Counted from the first letter of the stretch, positions 8,881 to 18,928 are shown. The stretch is DNA of 64,000 bases from Poseidonia sp. (GCA_030827365.1 JAUREO010000002.1:10928-74927), one strand, 5' to 3'. Numbers and translations: made by a program. The notes: generated by a model not told the origin, from the letters alone.

Positions 8881-11800
8881 TCCATTTCACCTCCTGCAAG
8901 GTCAAAAAGAGTGCAAATATTATTGATTGGGCAATATGAACAATATGAGCCTGGAGTTGGATTGACGTGCCCTTGTGCGGCGGTTTGAAGCACTCTCAAG
9001 GCAGTTTGAATTCTCTCCTTCATCCACATTCGGAATGGTGTCATGGTTCGCTCTTCAAGTGTTGATATAGGATAGAACTTATTCAAAATCTGAGTTACTC
9101 TGCCAATACCTGCAAGAGACACATTCGAAGGGAATGCCGAGCCGTCAATTTCCACATAATGTTCTGACCATTCTCCGACCTCACTAATGCCAACGCCCAC
9201 GACTCTGTCGTTTGGATGAGTGATTTCCCACGCTCGAGCATACAACGCAAGTTGCAATTCCCGCATGAGACCTTTGAAATGTCTCTCTCCCACCTTGTTT
9301 GTTTTCGGACCGTTCACGGTTTTGATATCTCGAATGATGACATACCTTTGTGCTGGTCGAATTCCGTCTGAGTAGTCCATTGGAAATGGTTCAGTAAATT
9401 CTGTTTCGTTGAGAAAACCAATTTCGACCAATGCGTCTTCTAAGACTTCATCGAAAGTGATGAGGTCAACTCTATCGGCAAAACCATTGACACACAAGGA
9501 AACATCATCTTGCGTGATGATATTGACGTATCCAAGGTCATCTTGCGACACCGGCCATTCAACCGCAACCGGAGCAGAAGATGTGAGCGAGTAGGTTTGC
9601 TGTATAAGTTGACCAATGCTACCGCCAAGAGGCAGAAGTAGAGTGCCTTCCAAATGCTCTCGCCACGATTGGGGAGAAGCGCCGATAAGGCTACGACAAC
9701 GATGAACGGAAATGGCGTAATCTTGTTCAAGCCAAGTGACATGTTTTGCAAGATAGGACAAGGCGAGTTCCCACCCGTGTTCAACAGAGGGGATTGCACC
9801 ACAATGAAGTGGAAGTGGGGCGGATTGTTCATCACCATAAGCAACTACTCCATGACGCTCAAGGATATGAGCCAAAATTTCATGAATCATGTCACCTCTT
9901 TTCAATGGGTTGATGTCTTCCTCCAAATCTGATGGCTCATCTTCAAGATTCAAGAATTGTTTTGCCCATCCTTTTCTTGGACATTCTAACCATGCTTGAA
10001 TACGCGATGGTGACCATCGATTACGTTCAAGAGTACTTGTGATGATCCCGCTAAAGGGTTCCATCTCAGGCTGAATGAGGTGGGCAGGTGGCAAAGGGTT
10101 TGGGTCGATATATGGAGTAATACTCCTACTACCTCGAATTCCAAGATGTGGAAACGCTACAATTGCCGTGTCTTCTTTCTCCGCTTGCTTTAGATTCAGA
10201 CCGAATTTCAGGTCTGAAATTGATGTTCGTAAACTTCGAGAGTCCCAGTCCAACACTTCGCCTTTGGCCAAATTCTTCTTTGATGGTTGTCGTAATATTC
10301 GATCTTGATGCAGTTGTCGTTCTATTTGAGGCAAAAATGATTCAATGCTATTGAGTGGCTGTGAAGGTTCAAGGCCATACTTCAACTCTAAACCAAGATT
10401 CTGTCGAATGTTTCGTTGACGGATTCCATTCTTTTGGATGACATATCGTCCGTGATCTTGTCGAATGTGAAGGGGGCGGGGTGTTATCCAAGTCAATTTC
10501 TTTTTTTCATCATACCATTGCCCCCAATACGACGATGTGTCGGATTCAGTACCCAACTCCATCCATTCAAATGGAGTGGTGAGTTCAGACATTCCAGAAT
10601 GGCCAAGTTTAGTAAACCATTCTGAAAGTGGGGCGGAAGGTTCTCCACCTTCTTCCAAGCTTGTGTCAAAAATGACTACTTGGGGTGAGCAATTGAGCAG
10701 ATGACGCAACTGATGTCGTCCTTGCCTTATTCTTTGGTCGTTTGAGAAAAATCCCAACTCTTGCTTTGAATATTCATCTAACCAAGGTATTACAGGCTGA
10801 CGCATTGACCATGATTCCAAATCCAGATGGGTTAAAATCAGGAAGTCACACTCAAGCCCAAAGGCTTGGTCCGGTTGTAGCACACGAATTTTATTTGAAT
10901 TACTTGGCGAACCGGTCGTCTTTACGTGTGAGCAAATGTGAGTGAGTCGTTCAAAAAACCAATGAATTCCAAAATTATTGAGCGAGGATTGAGGAATGGT
11001 TTTTTCCAACTCTCGAACATTTGAAATCAATTTTTCTAAGCCTTGTATTTCTTGATGATGTTCAACTTGAGAGGAAAGAAGTCGACTCCAATCTATTTTG
11101 CATAAAAATTCTTCAAACCATGCAAAAACGTGAGGCGGGCTTTCAGGTAGTGGAAGTTGAGCAAGGGTAGCCGCCCCTTCAATATCAAGTTGGGCAATGA
11201 AATTATCCTCTGGGGATAACAATGGCCCCATGAGTCTTGCAAACGCAGCAAGTGCCCATTGTGTTTCTTCGATTTCCTTAGCGGTGATGACCTCATATTG
11301 ATTCTCTATGGGTTGCATTCTCTGCAGATTGGTTCGCCAACGAGCAAGGGCTCCAGGGCCACCAAGGAGGTGATGAATTGAGGAGCATTTCTCCAAGACA
11401 TGTTGGTGCAAACATGGACGCCAGTTGCTCACAGTGGGGTGCCTCAATTCAGGAAATATGTCGTCAAGAAGTGTGAGCGACCCTGAATGAAGTAGTCTCG
11501 AGATGTTGGCAAATGACCAAGCATGCACACCATAACCAATCCTTGCAATGCCTAATAATTGCTGTACGTGTGGTGTGTAGTGAAGTGAGATGCCTGGTTT
11601 ATCCAAATCAATTCCGCTCGGAGAAAGATGTTGTTGCCATAATGTTTGATGTTGATCACCGCAAGGATCGATGATAATGATTTCACCCTCGTGCTGTTGA
11701 AGATATTCAGCAACACATTGGCCGACCGACTCAAAAATATCCTTTTTATCTGATAGAAGCACACGCACGAATTTGCTCTCCCGACTTTTTCCAACCGATG

Positions 11801-12590
11801 TTTGCCAACCCGATTCATTTTGCTTTGGACGCTCTATGGCATGAAGGCCAAAGGGCAATGTTTCTTGTTCATCGTATGCTTGGTCAACAAGATATCGTCC
11901 GTGAAAACCAAGTCGAAACGACCCCTCTGCTATGAGTTGATGAACTGGAACCCATTCTGCTAGGTGCTGGAGAATGCTCGCCTGCATTGGGGTATAATCG
12001 GGTGGCTGGTTAAGGATGATGATACCGTCAATCAATTCTAAATGGAATGGTTTGCTCTTGAATTTTTTCAATGCTTGAAGAACATGAAGTTCAAGGAAGA
12101 AGGCGAATGTTCGCTGCATTTGTGATTCAAGAGATTGTAATTCAGTCACAATGTCATCAAATCCAGGATTTTCGCTCCAATTCCATGGCTGCTCACCTCG
12201 AAGAAGCACCTTGAGCGTTGATAGAATTCGTTGTGTCTTCGAAAACGACCAAGGATGTGCTCCACTGTGGAGAAGTGGGAATGCCAACTCTGATGCTCTA
12301 CCTTCAAGAAACGAATGAATGGATTGCAAGGTTGCAATGTCAAGTTCAATCACCGATGGCAACCTGAGATCGCTTGCCAATTGACGTAAGAGTCCACTGT
12401 AGGTCACATGATTACTTGGGTGAACAATTGAGCTTTCCCGATTCAATTGGTTCACGAATTGGTGTCGATGTTCACTCGTCGGATGTATGATGAGGACCCG
12501 TTCAAGTTCTCCGTTGAGCAGGGATTGTTTCAACCAGTGAGGGGCACCACGGCCTAACTCAACTGGTTCTGATGTAATCATTCTCTTCAC
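8877..12590 (-). CDS. AddB-like partner subunit with C-terminal Cas4/RecB-type Fe-S PD-(D/E)xK nuclease domain
   Basis: 1237 aa. C-terminal WSPSRIQAWLECPRKGW (N-terminal Cys of the cluster), GFADRVDLITFDE, YVIIRDIKT, QLALYARAW and CSYCPINNIC (CxxCx5C). No clear Walker A seen in the N-terminal region. ATGA overlap with the downstream helicase ORF. Confidence 0.6.
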   Translation of the reverse strand: MKRMITSEPVELGRGAPHWLKQSLLNGELERVLIIHPTSEHRHQFVNQLNRESSIVHPSNHVTYSGLLRQLASDLRLPSVIELDIATLQSIHSFLEGRASELAFPLLHSGAHPWSFSKTQRILSTLKVLLRGEQPWNWSENPGFDDIVTELQSLESQMQRTFAFFLELHVLQALKKFKSKPFHLELIDGIIILNQPPDYTPMQASILQHLAEWVPVHQLIAEGSFRLGFHGRYLVDQAYDEQETLPFGLHAIERPKQNESGWQTSVGKSRESKFVRVLLSDKKDIFESVGQCVAEYLQQHEGEIIIIDPCGDQHQTLWQQHLSPSGIDLDKPGISLHYTPHVQQLLGIARIGYGVHAWSFANISRLLHSGSLTLLDDIFPELRHPTVSNWRPCLHQHVLEKCSSIHHLLGGPGALARWRTNLQRMQPIENQYEVITAKEIEETQWALAAFARLMGPLLSPEDNFIAQLDIEGAATLAQLPLPESPPHVFAWFEEFLCKIDWSRLLSSQVEHHQEIQGLEKLISNVRELEKTIPQSSLNNFGIHWFFERLTHICSHVKTTGSPSNSNKIRVLQPDQAFGLECDFLILTHLDLESWSMRQPVIPWLDEYSKQELGFFSNDQRIRQGRHQLRHLLNCSPQVVIFDTSLEEGGEPSAPLSEWFTKLGHSGMSELTTPFEWMELGTESDTSSYWGQWYDEKKKLTWITPRPLHIRQDHGRYVIQKNGIRQRNIRQNLGLELKYGLEPSQPLNSIESFLPQIERQLHQDRILRQPSKKNLAKGEVLDWDSRSLRTSISDLKFGLNLKQAEKEDTAIVAFPHLGIRGSRSITPYIDPNPLPPAHLIQPEMEPFSGIITSTLERNRWSPSRIQAWLECPRKGWAKQFLNLEDEPSDLEEDINPLKRGDMIHEILAHILERHGVVAYGDEQSAPLPLHCGAIPSVEHGWELALSYLAKHVTWLEQDYAISVHRCRSLIGASPQSWREHLEGTLLLPLGGSIGQLIQQTYSLTSSAPVAVEWPVSQDDLGYVNIITQDDVSLCVNGFADRVDLITFDEVLEDALVEIGFLNETEFTEPFPMDYSDGIRPAQRYVIIRDIKTVNGPKTNKVGERHFKGLMRELQLALYARAWEITHPNDRVVGVGISEVGEWSEHYVEIDGSAFPSNVSLAGIGRVTQILNKFYPISTLEERTMTPFRMWMKERIQTALRVLQTAAQGHVNPTPGSYCSYCPINNICTLFDLAGGEMD

Positions 12591-12862
12591 CGTTTTCCTT
12601 GTCTTGAGTTACCGTTTGCAAGCCTTTATGAACATTGAGTGCTAAGTTTCTCTGTCCGGTGAACGAAGTTGATTCGGGGGCATTTAAATTTCAAAAATGT
12701 GCCCAAATATCTTATCTTTCATGGGTAATGTTAATTAACTGGTTATGGTTGAATTCAATTTCCGTGCGGCAAAAACTGACCATTTGTGCAAATTAAAGAG
12801 CCAAATAACATCATGAATGAGATTCATGTTTTGCGTGTGGAAAGTCAAGTGAAGTGAAAGAA

Positions 12863-14050
12863 ATGAGCGAAAAATGTAGTGAATGCGGGAGTGAGAACTT
12901 CCGAACAGATGATGAGAAAGCAGAATGTGTTTGCGAAAACTGTGGTTTTGTGATGCCAGCACCACAAAACAACGAGATGAATAATTCCTCAAATTTGTAT
13001 GGGGAACAACGAACCCATGAACGCGTAACATCAAGGGCGGACCTCGGAGGCACCTATCAGCGTACAAGAAGTCAATTTGACCACGCAGGTCAAAGAATCA
13101 ACCCCGCAATTCGACGAAGTTTGAATTATGGTAGCCAACGTACTCAGGAACGAGAACGAAATCCACAGCTTCGAGAAGTGAAAGAAGCCGTCACATACCT
13201 TGTTGGGGAAGATGCAATGTTGTCAATCGAACGAATTATTGATGCATGTATTCAACCTTATAGCGAGGAGGATGATGCAAAGATTCGCGCTCTTGAACAG
13301 TCTCGTCGCAAAGACAAAAACCTGAAGAATGTCGCTCAAAGTGTCAATCGTATCTCAGATGACTTCTTTTCAAAACGAGGTGACGAAAATCGTTCAACAG
13401 CAGGGCCCCTAAACAACTACTTACTCGCCATGGCCATTCTGGAGTGGGCCTCAAATCTAGGACTTATTCAACGTGTTCAACTCGATGGTCAACGTGAGTC
13501 CTTTGGTCTCCCAGAGGATTTGGTCAACAAGGCCAAACAAATCGTCGACAAGTGTTTGAAGGCCCAGATGCGACATGGCCTACGATGCAGTGGACTTCGT
13601 TTCATTGCTGACAGACATAACAAAGACCTAGTGGTCGCCAACCGTGATGATGACTTCACCGTTGCTTTGAAGATGCTCATCGAAGCATTATCGGACCACG
13701 GTATAGACGATGATATCCTTGAAAGCATGAACTATGACATCGAACAACGCATGAACATTCTCCAAGAAGCTTCACTCTATGGTCCATTGACCAATCATCC
13801 AGCCAAGAAAATCATGGCAATGCTAGTGTGCGTCTCCCTTGAGGCTCATGTTGGAAGCCACCGTAACCTCACACTCATTGCTGAGGAGGTATCCATGACT
13901 GCACAAGGCCTTACAAACTTCATTCGTATGGTTCGTGAGGATCGATCTTTATTGCCAATTGCGTATCTTGTTGCTGTTCTCGCACAACGAATTGCATCAT
14001 TAAACAACAACACAACAAATGATGATGCTGACATTTCTGAAGAAAAATAG
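12863..14050 (+). CDS. TFIIB-type zinc-ribbon protein, divergent TFB-like (no recognisable B-reader or cyclin signature)
   Basis: N-terminus MSEKCSECGSENFRTDDEKAECVCENCGFV matches the TFB/TFIIB Zn-ribbon CxxC-x15-17-CxxC. The rest is long and divergent. Track start is a GTG at 12854; I take the ATG at 12863. Confidence 0.4.
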   Translation: MSEKCSECGSENFRTDDEKAECVCENCGFVMPAPQNNEMNNSSNLYGEQRTHERVTSRADLGGTYQRTRSQFDHAGQRINPAIRRSLNYGSQRTQERERNPQLREVKEAVTYLVGEDAMLSIERIIDACIQPYSEEDDAKIRALEQSRRKDKNLKNVAQSVNRISDDFFSKRGDENRSTAGPLNNYLLAMAILEWASNLGLIQRVQLDGQRESFGLPEDLVNKAKQIVDKCLKAQMRHGLRCSGLRFIADRHNKDLVVANRDDDFTVALKMLIEALSDHGIDDDILESMNYDIEQRMNILQEASLYGPLTNHPAKKIMAMLVCVSLEAHVGSHRNLTLIAEEVSMTAQGLTNFIRMVREDRSLLPIAYLVAVLAQRIASLNNNTTNDDADISEEK

Positions 14051-14071
14051 GGTAAAAGTCAAACCACAGGT

Positions 14072-14980
14072 GTGAATCGAAGATTCATGCGAAGATGGCA
14101 AGTTGTTGCTCTCGGACTGATGCTCCTCATCGTTGTCCCTTCAAATACGGCCGCTCCTGTTGAAGAATTGGATGTTGGTTTCATCGTCGGTGGTCAATGG
14201 ACCAACGCCTCAAATTCATCAACTGCATCCGATTATTTTGTGGACTTACCCGCGCTGGTCGAAGATTACACGGCAACTTGGTGTACCAATTGTGTCGATG
14301 TTGAGCATGCATTAAATGAAATCCCTTCTCGATATCTTCAACAATACCATTTTCACAGAGCGATTGGAGAAACAGAAGACCCGTTTGGTTCTGTAGTTCT
14401 TGATGAGCGGTGGGAAGACCGTTACGGTCTTCGAATCCCGCCAACAGTTGTATTCAATGGATACCTCAAGAAAATCGGTAGTGTTGCCGATGGAGAATCA
14501 TTGAAGGACGATTATGATGAGTTAACCAATTCAACACCCCCTATGGATGAAGGGTCGACACAATTTGTCTGGACACCGGCAGGTGAATCAGGAATCGCCG
14601 CCTGGAATGTCGACATAAGTTCAAGTGTTCTTGCAAATTATTCCCTCGATGTTCAAGTTTGGTTTGTCGAAAGCGGGGCCACATTTGAAGAAGGGTCGAA
14701 TCAACTTGGATATTACCCTCATATCGTACGAGAAATTCATTCGTTAGGAAATGCTACAAATGGCACAGAAAATTTACCCATTCCAGTTGCGTTTGACGGT
14801 GATGATGTTGAAGTTCATTTGATGTACGAGTTCAAACCTATTGTTCTTGAAGTGTGTTGTGATGAACCGATAATTTCTGATGAAGATTCTACGGACAATC
14901 CATTGCCGTATCTCGGCCTCATCGAGATTTTTGCCATCATTGCCATCGTTGTGGCGCTAAAGTCTAAGCGGCTATTGTAA
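14072..14980 (+). CDS. secreted, C-terminally membrane-anchored thioredoxin-fold protein (WCxxC)
   Basis: Signal peptide-like N-terminus (VVALGLMLLIVVPSNTAAP). WCTNC redox motif. N-glycosylation-type NxS/T sequons. C-terminal hydrophobic anchor IEIFAIIAIVVALKSKRLL. Confidence 0.5.
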   Translation: MNRRFMRRWQVVALGLMLLIVVPSNTAAPVEELDVGFIVGGQWTNASNSSTASDYFVDLPALVEDYTATWCTNCVDVEHALNEIPSRYLQQYHFHRAIGETEDPFGSVVLDERWEDRYGLRIPPTVVFNGYLKKIGSVADGESLKDDYDELTNSTPPMDEGSTQFVWTPAGESGIAAWNVDISSSVLANYSLDVQVWFVESGATFEEGSNQLGYYPHIVREIHSLGNATNGTENLPIPVAFDGDDVEVHLMYEFKPIVLEVCCDEPIISDEDSTDNPLPYLGLIEIFAIIAIVVALKSKRLL

Positions 14981-15020
14981 TTCAATTGTCGATTTTTTAT
15001 CGAAAGCGAGTAGTCTCGAT

Positions 15021-17405
15021 TCACAAATCTTCAAATTGAATCCGGTGTCGTTGACCTTTAGGATTGTCTCTCAAATCTTCATGCAATTGCCACCGTCCTC
15101 TTTCGGCCTGAAGTGGCACATTTTCACGGTCGATGTAATTCCACCAACGGGGCGGTGCTCTTTCAGCACCTTGACGTTGTTGCAGTACATTCAACAGTTT
15201 GGCAATTTCAATTCTTGCGTCGGTACGATGTGGATGGCGCCTGATCATTGTAATGTTTTGTCCTTCATCGACTAAGAGTTCATATCCGAGCAGTTCAGCC
15301 ATTTTTTGGATGAAATTTCGTTCATCACCATCACGTATGGTGACTTTCAATTCAAAGTGTTGAAACCCTACCACTTGAGCATCATCTGTAAAGAACTGAA
15401 GTGTGGAATCGATTGGTTGAATATTCATGCACTCCCAGACTCGTGCAAAGGTTTCACACCATCGTCTTTCTCCATCCCTCACATCTCCACATCCATGCAG
15501 ATATGTTACGCGATTTTGGTCCCGGCCACGGAAAATATCAAATCGATTGTATGGAGGATCACGATGAATTCTCATGTTCCTGATGTATTCATGAATCATA
15601 TGACCTGGTTCAACATTTTCCTTATGTGCTGAATCAATCGATTGGTCGACCAATCTTTTCCAGGCAAGAACTGCTTCTCGATGTGTAAATTCTTCAAGTG
15701 TAGTTCGATGGACGTCCAATGATAAGGTTTCTCGATTCGCGAGTAATCTCCCGTGTTCAACAAATACTCGTTCGCCAAATCTTTCGACATACTCATGTTC
15801 ATCCCTAAATTGGGTCTGACGGGTTTTATCAATTGGTTGAGTTTCTCTTTGGTGAAACCAACGGGTTGTTCCAATTTCACGTTCATTTCTGTGGTGGCCA
15901 TGTACGTAATGGGTATTTTGATGAACGAATTGATCGAAGATTGGACTATCGATGCACTCAAAAAATTCTTTCTTATTTGTAGGTGTGAGAAGCAACGGAG
16001 GTCTCACCACGAGGTGTTGGCGAAGGCTATCTACTTGCTGTGATGAGATAGCATCATTGGTCATACCGAGCACCACAGAACCAATTGTATCTCCAATGGG
16101 CAATCTTCTTTGGCTTGCGCCATTGTGAATACATAATGAACCACTGTAACGTAATGTCGTGCCAGAACAATGAAGTGGACGCAAAACGTATGGTGCTCCG
16201 TGCGCACCATGCCCTAATTTCAATTCATAATAATGTCCAAAATTACCTTTGATGAGAATTCTTGAACGATACACAATTGCATTGTTGTCTGCTGCATTCA
16301 AGCAGCCTTGCAAAAATTGAATGGAAACGCCAAAGGGTGTTTCTTGGATGGGTGTTTCAACTTCATCACTAAACCAGGTGGCCTGAAATGCAGAAAAAAG
16401 TTCTCTGGCTGGATGGTCAACAGGATAGAAGCAAGCTGAAAGCACAAATGCGATATGAAGAGGTTGTTCCAAAACAGAAACCCAGCATGCTGATCCATCT
16501 TTCTTTCGACATCGGATTTTGATTTTATCTTTTGTAAAACGAATTGGATGCACTTGATTTTCGTCTTGGTGGTGTATGTTTGTTTCGAGATTCCATGCGT
16601 TAAACCAGGGCTCTGGAAACAATTGCTCAAGCCCGTCTGGTATGTTACGTATTGCATTTTTATAATGCTCAACGAAATTTTCGTCTCGGAAGTTTCGATA
16701 ATATGAATTGACATCGTAAGCCCATGCTTGAATACCCGAAGATAACTCAGTTCGCTCCATAGAACATGAGATGATACTACCAAGCCACCTCAACATAGCA
16801 TGAAACGATTCTTTTCCTGCTGAAATTGGTCGATGTCTTTGCAAAAATTCGGGATTCATGCTATGCGATAAGGCAGATGATGCAAGGAAAAATTGCTTAA
16901 GGTTCCATCCCATTCGTTGCTCCTGTTGGCATAATATCTTGAAAAGAAGGTGTGTTGGGGTGATTCTTGTCAATCTAAAGTGGTCAATATAGCAATCATC
17001 ACCTTGGATCGATACCACTGAGCCATCGTGAAGTGAAACTCCACGCCTCAACATTTCCTCTTGATGCCTTGTCAATGGCCCATTCGAAAATTTCAATTCA
17101 ATGATGTCCGAAAACTCTTCCTCGCTACATGGGAGTTCTGTAACCGGGTCTCCATGATTCGGGAGTTGAAACCAAGACAAGACATCCATTTCAAGCATTG
17201 GTGAGATTCTTCTCCATCTGGTAGGTGATTGCCTTGCATTGTTCATCAATCGAAGTATCTCGTTTTTAGTGTTCGGGTTAACTTCAATTTTCCACTCGTT
17301 AGTTTTCGATTTTGAACAAAGCGAGGTACATAATTCACAATACTCTTGGTCTTGTTCCCCATTTCGAACAGAACATAATTTACAGAGAATTTCGTCATGA
17401 TTCAT
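15021..17405 (-). CDS. large hypothetical protein with N-terminal Cys4 zinc ribbon and HGHHR motif
   Basis: 794 aa. CKLCSVRNGEQDQEYCELC zinc-ribbon-like start. Internal GHYYELKLGHGAHGAPY and YVHGHHRNEREIG, which resembles the ParB/Srx DGHHR motif. Many His/Cys. No Walker A. Confidence 0.5.
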   Translation of the reverse strand: MNHDEILCKLCSVRNGEQDQEYCELCTSLCSKSKTNEWKIEVNPNTKNEILRLMNNARQSPTRWRRISPMLEMDVLSWFQLPNHGDPVTELPCSEEEFSDIIELKFSNGPLTRHQEEMLRRGVSLHDGSVVSIQGDDCYIDHFRLTRITPTHLLFKILCQQEQRMGWNLKQFFLASSALSHSMNPEFLQRHRPISAGKESFHAMLRWLGSIISCSMERTELSSGIQAWAYDVNSYYRNFRDENFVEHYKNAIRNIPDGLEQLFPEPWFNAWNLETNIHHQDENQVHPIRFTKDKIKIRCRKKDGSACWVSVLEQPLHIAFVLSACFYPVDHPARELFSAFQATWFSDEVETPIQETPFGVSIQFLQGCLNAADNNAIVYRSRILIKGNFGHYYELKLGHGAHGAPYVLRPLHCSGTTLRYSGSLCIHNGASQRRLPIGDTIGSVVLGMTNDAISSQQVDSLRQHLVVRPPLLLTPTNKKEFFECIDSPIFDQFVHQNTHYVHGHHRNEREIGTTRWFHQRETQPIDKTRQTQFRDEHEYVERFGERVFVEHGRLLANRETLSLDVHRTTLEEFTHREAVLAWKRLVDQSIDSAHKENVEPGHMIHEYIRNMRIHRDPPYNRFDIFRGRDQNRVTYLHGCGDVRDGERRWCETFARVWECMNIQPIDSTLQFFTDDAQVVGFQHFELKVTIRDGDERNFIQKMAELLGYELLVDEGQNITMIRRHPHRTDARIEIAKLLNVLQQRQGAERAPPRWWNYIDRENVPLQAERGRWQLHEDLRDNPKGQRHRIQFEDL

Positions 17406-17435
17406 GCATTGTTGAATGCTATGACTCGGTATAAA

Positions 17436-18473
17436 CTATGACAAAATGGCTTGTTTGAGATGTACGAGGTCTTCATCAGTCATATGCAGATGGACAACGA
17501 ATCGAAGTCTGTGTTCCCCTACATCAAAGACATCTATGCCACGGTTTGAAAGATGGTTGACCCAAAATGTCGCTGGCTGTTCTGTGTTTACATACACCAT
17601 GTTGGTTTGAACAGTCGATAGATCGACATCAAAACCATCAGTTCCACTAAAGAAGGTTGCGATTTCTTTTGCTCGACGATGGTCTTCATCCAAACGCAAA
17701 ATATTGTTTTCAAGCGCATACAGTCCTGCTGCTGCTAACATCCCTGCTTGCCTCATTCCCCCACCGAACATCTTTCGCCAGCGGTGTGCATTTGAAATAA
17801 ACGATGTTGTTCCCAAAAGCACAGAACCCACTGGGGCACCAAGGCCTTTTGAAAGGCAAACAGAAACTGAGTCATAGTGTGCAGTCATGCGATCAACAGG
17901 TGTTTTAGTAGCAACACTTGCATTGAAAATTCGGGCTCCATCGATATGCGTTGCACATTCAAAGTCTTTTGCAACATGTGCAATACCATCGAGAACGCTT
18001 TGTTCATAACAAGCCCCTCCTCCAAGGTTTGCGGTATTTTCCACACAAACCAAACTTCCATTGGGATAATGGCTTTGTGATCCTGCTGACTTTCGAATTG
18101 CAGCACGAACTTGGTCGGATGTCATCAGACTCTTTTCACCGTCAACCAGTGAAATAGACGCCCCACATAAAGCTGCAAAACCCCCTCCTTCATATCTGTA
18201 AATGTGGGCGGTTTTGTCGCATACAATTTCATCTCCTGGTACAGTATGCGTCCGCAGTGCGATTGCATTCGACATCGTACCCGACGGAACAAATAATCCT
18301 GCTTCTTTTCCAAAAAGTGCTGCTACACGTTGTTGGAGTTCGATAACTGTCAGGTCATCACCAAGAACATCATCTCCAACACGGGCGTTCATCATCGCAT
18401 CTCGCATGGCTGAGGTGGGCTGTGTTACAGTATCACTGCGGAAATCAATTCTATCATTATTGAAATCCCGCAT
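17436..18473 (-). CDS. ltaE: low-specificity L-threonine aldolase (PLP-dependent)
   Basis: IDFRSDTVTQPT N-terminal signature. PLP-enzyme fold features (SGTMSNAIAL, lysine region VSVCLSKGLGAP). Start taken at the internal ATG (MRDFNNDR). Confidence 0.8.
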   Translation of the reverse strand: MRDFNNDRIDFRSDTVTQPTSAMRDAMMNARVGDDVLGDDLTVIELQQRVAALFGKEAGLFVPSGTMSNAIALRTHTVPGDEIVCDKTAHIYRYEGGGFAALCGASISLVDGEKSLMTSDQVRAAIRKSAGSQSHYPNGSLVCVENTANLGGGACYEQSVLDGIAHVAKDFECATHIDGARIFNASVATKTPVDRMTAHYDSVSVCLSKGLGAPVGSVLLGTTSFISNAHRWRKMFGGGMRQAGMLAAAGLYALENNILRLDEDHRRAKEIATFFSGTDGFDVDLSTVQTNMVYVNTEQPATFWVNHLSNRGIDVFDVGEHRLRFVVHLHMTDEDLVHLKQAILS

Positions 18474-18512
18474 GAGGAGACCACACACTTCTCATTCATC
18501 AATTCCTTGATG

Positions 18513-18878
18513 TTATAACAATGGTAACTCGCCTGTAATCGCGTCAATGTCGTCTTCGTATGAGGGGCCAATAGCGAGGACGGTGAAACTTCCTTTGGGA
18601 ATTTGAGTGTGGCCGGCGTCAATGGTTTTACTCGTGTGCAGTTTCAATTGGCGGGCTTTTGCTTGAAGTTCGGTCAAGTGTTGTTCATCCACTCCTTTCA
18701 GGCAAACTTTCTTTTGCCCCTGAGCCAACCATGCATCGACCATTTTTGGCGTAGATGAACCAGCAGAAAGCAGAGTTTGCACACTAGCATGGCCGACCTG
18801 TGCAGCAATTTTGCCTTTTTTCATCCCCAAACTATGGTTGATAACAAGAGCGAGTTTGATTGGACGCGCTTCAACCAT
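18513..18878 (-). CDS. pth2: peptidyl-tRNA hydrolase, archaeal PTH2 family (copy 1)
   Basis: KLALVINHSLGMKKGKIAAQVGHASV and C-terminal TVLAIGP match the Pth2 fold. Start set at MVEARPIK. The track extends to 18932. Confidence 0.7.
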   Translation of the reverse strand: MVEARPIKLALVINHSLGMKKGKIAAQVGHASVQTLLSAGSSTPKMVDAWLAQGQKKVCLKGVDEQHLTELQAKARQLKLHTSKTIDAGHTQIPKGSFTVLAIGPSYEDDIDAITGELPLL

Positions 18879-18928
18879 GCCTCCAATTTTGGGAGCCGTT
18901 AATCTGTGCAAGAAGGAGCGAAGGCCCA

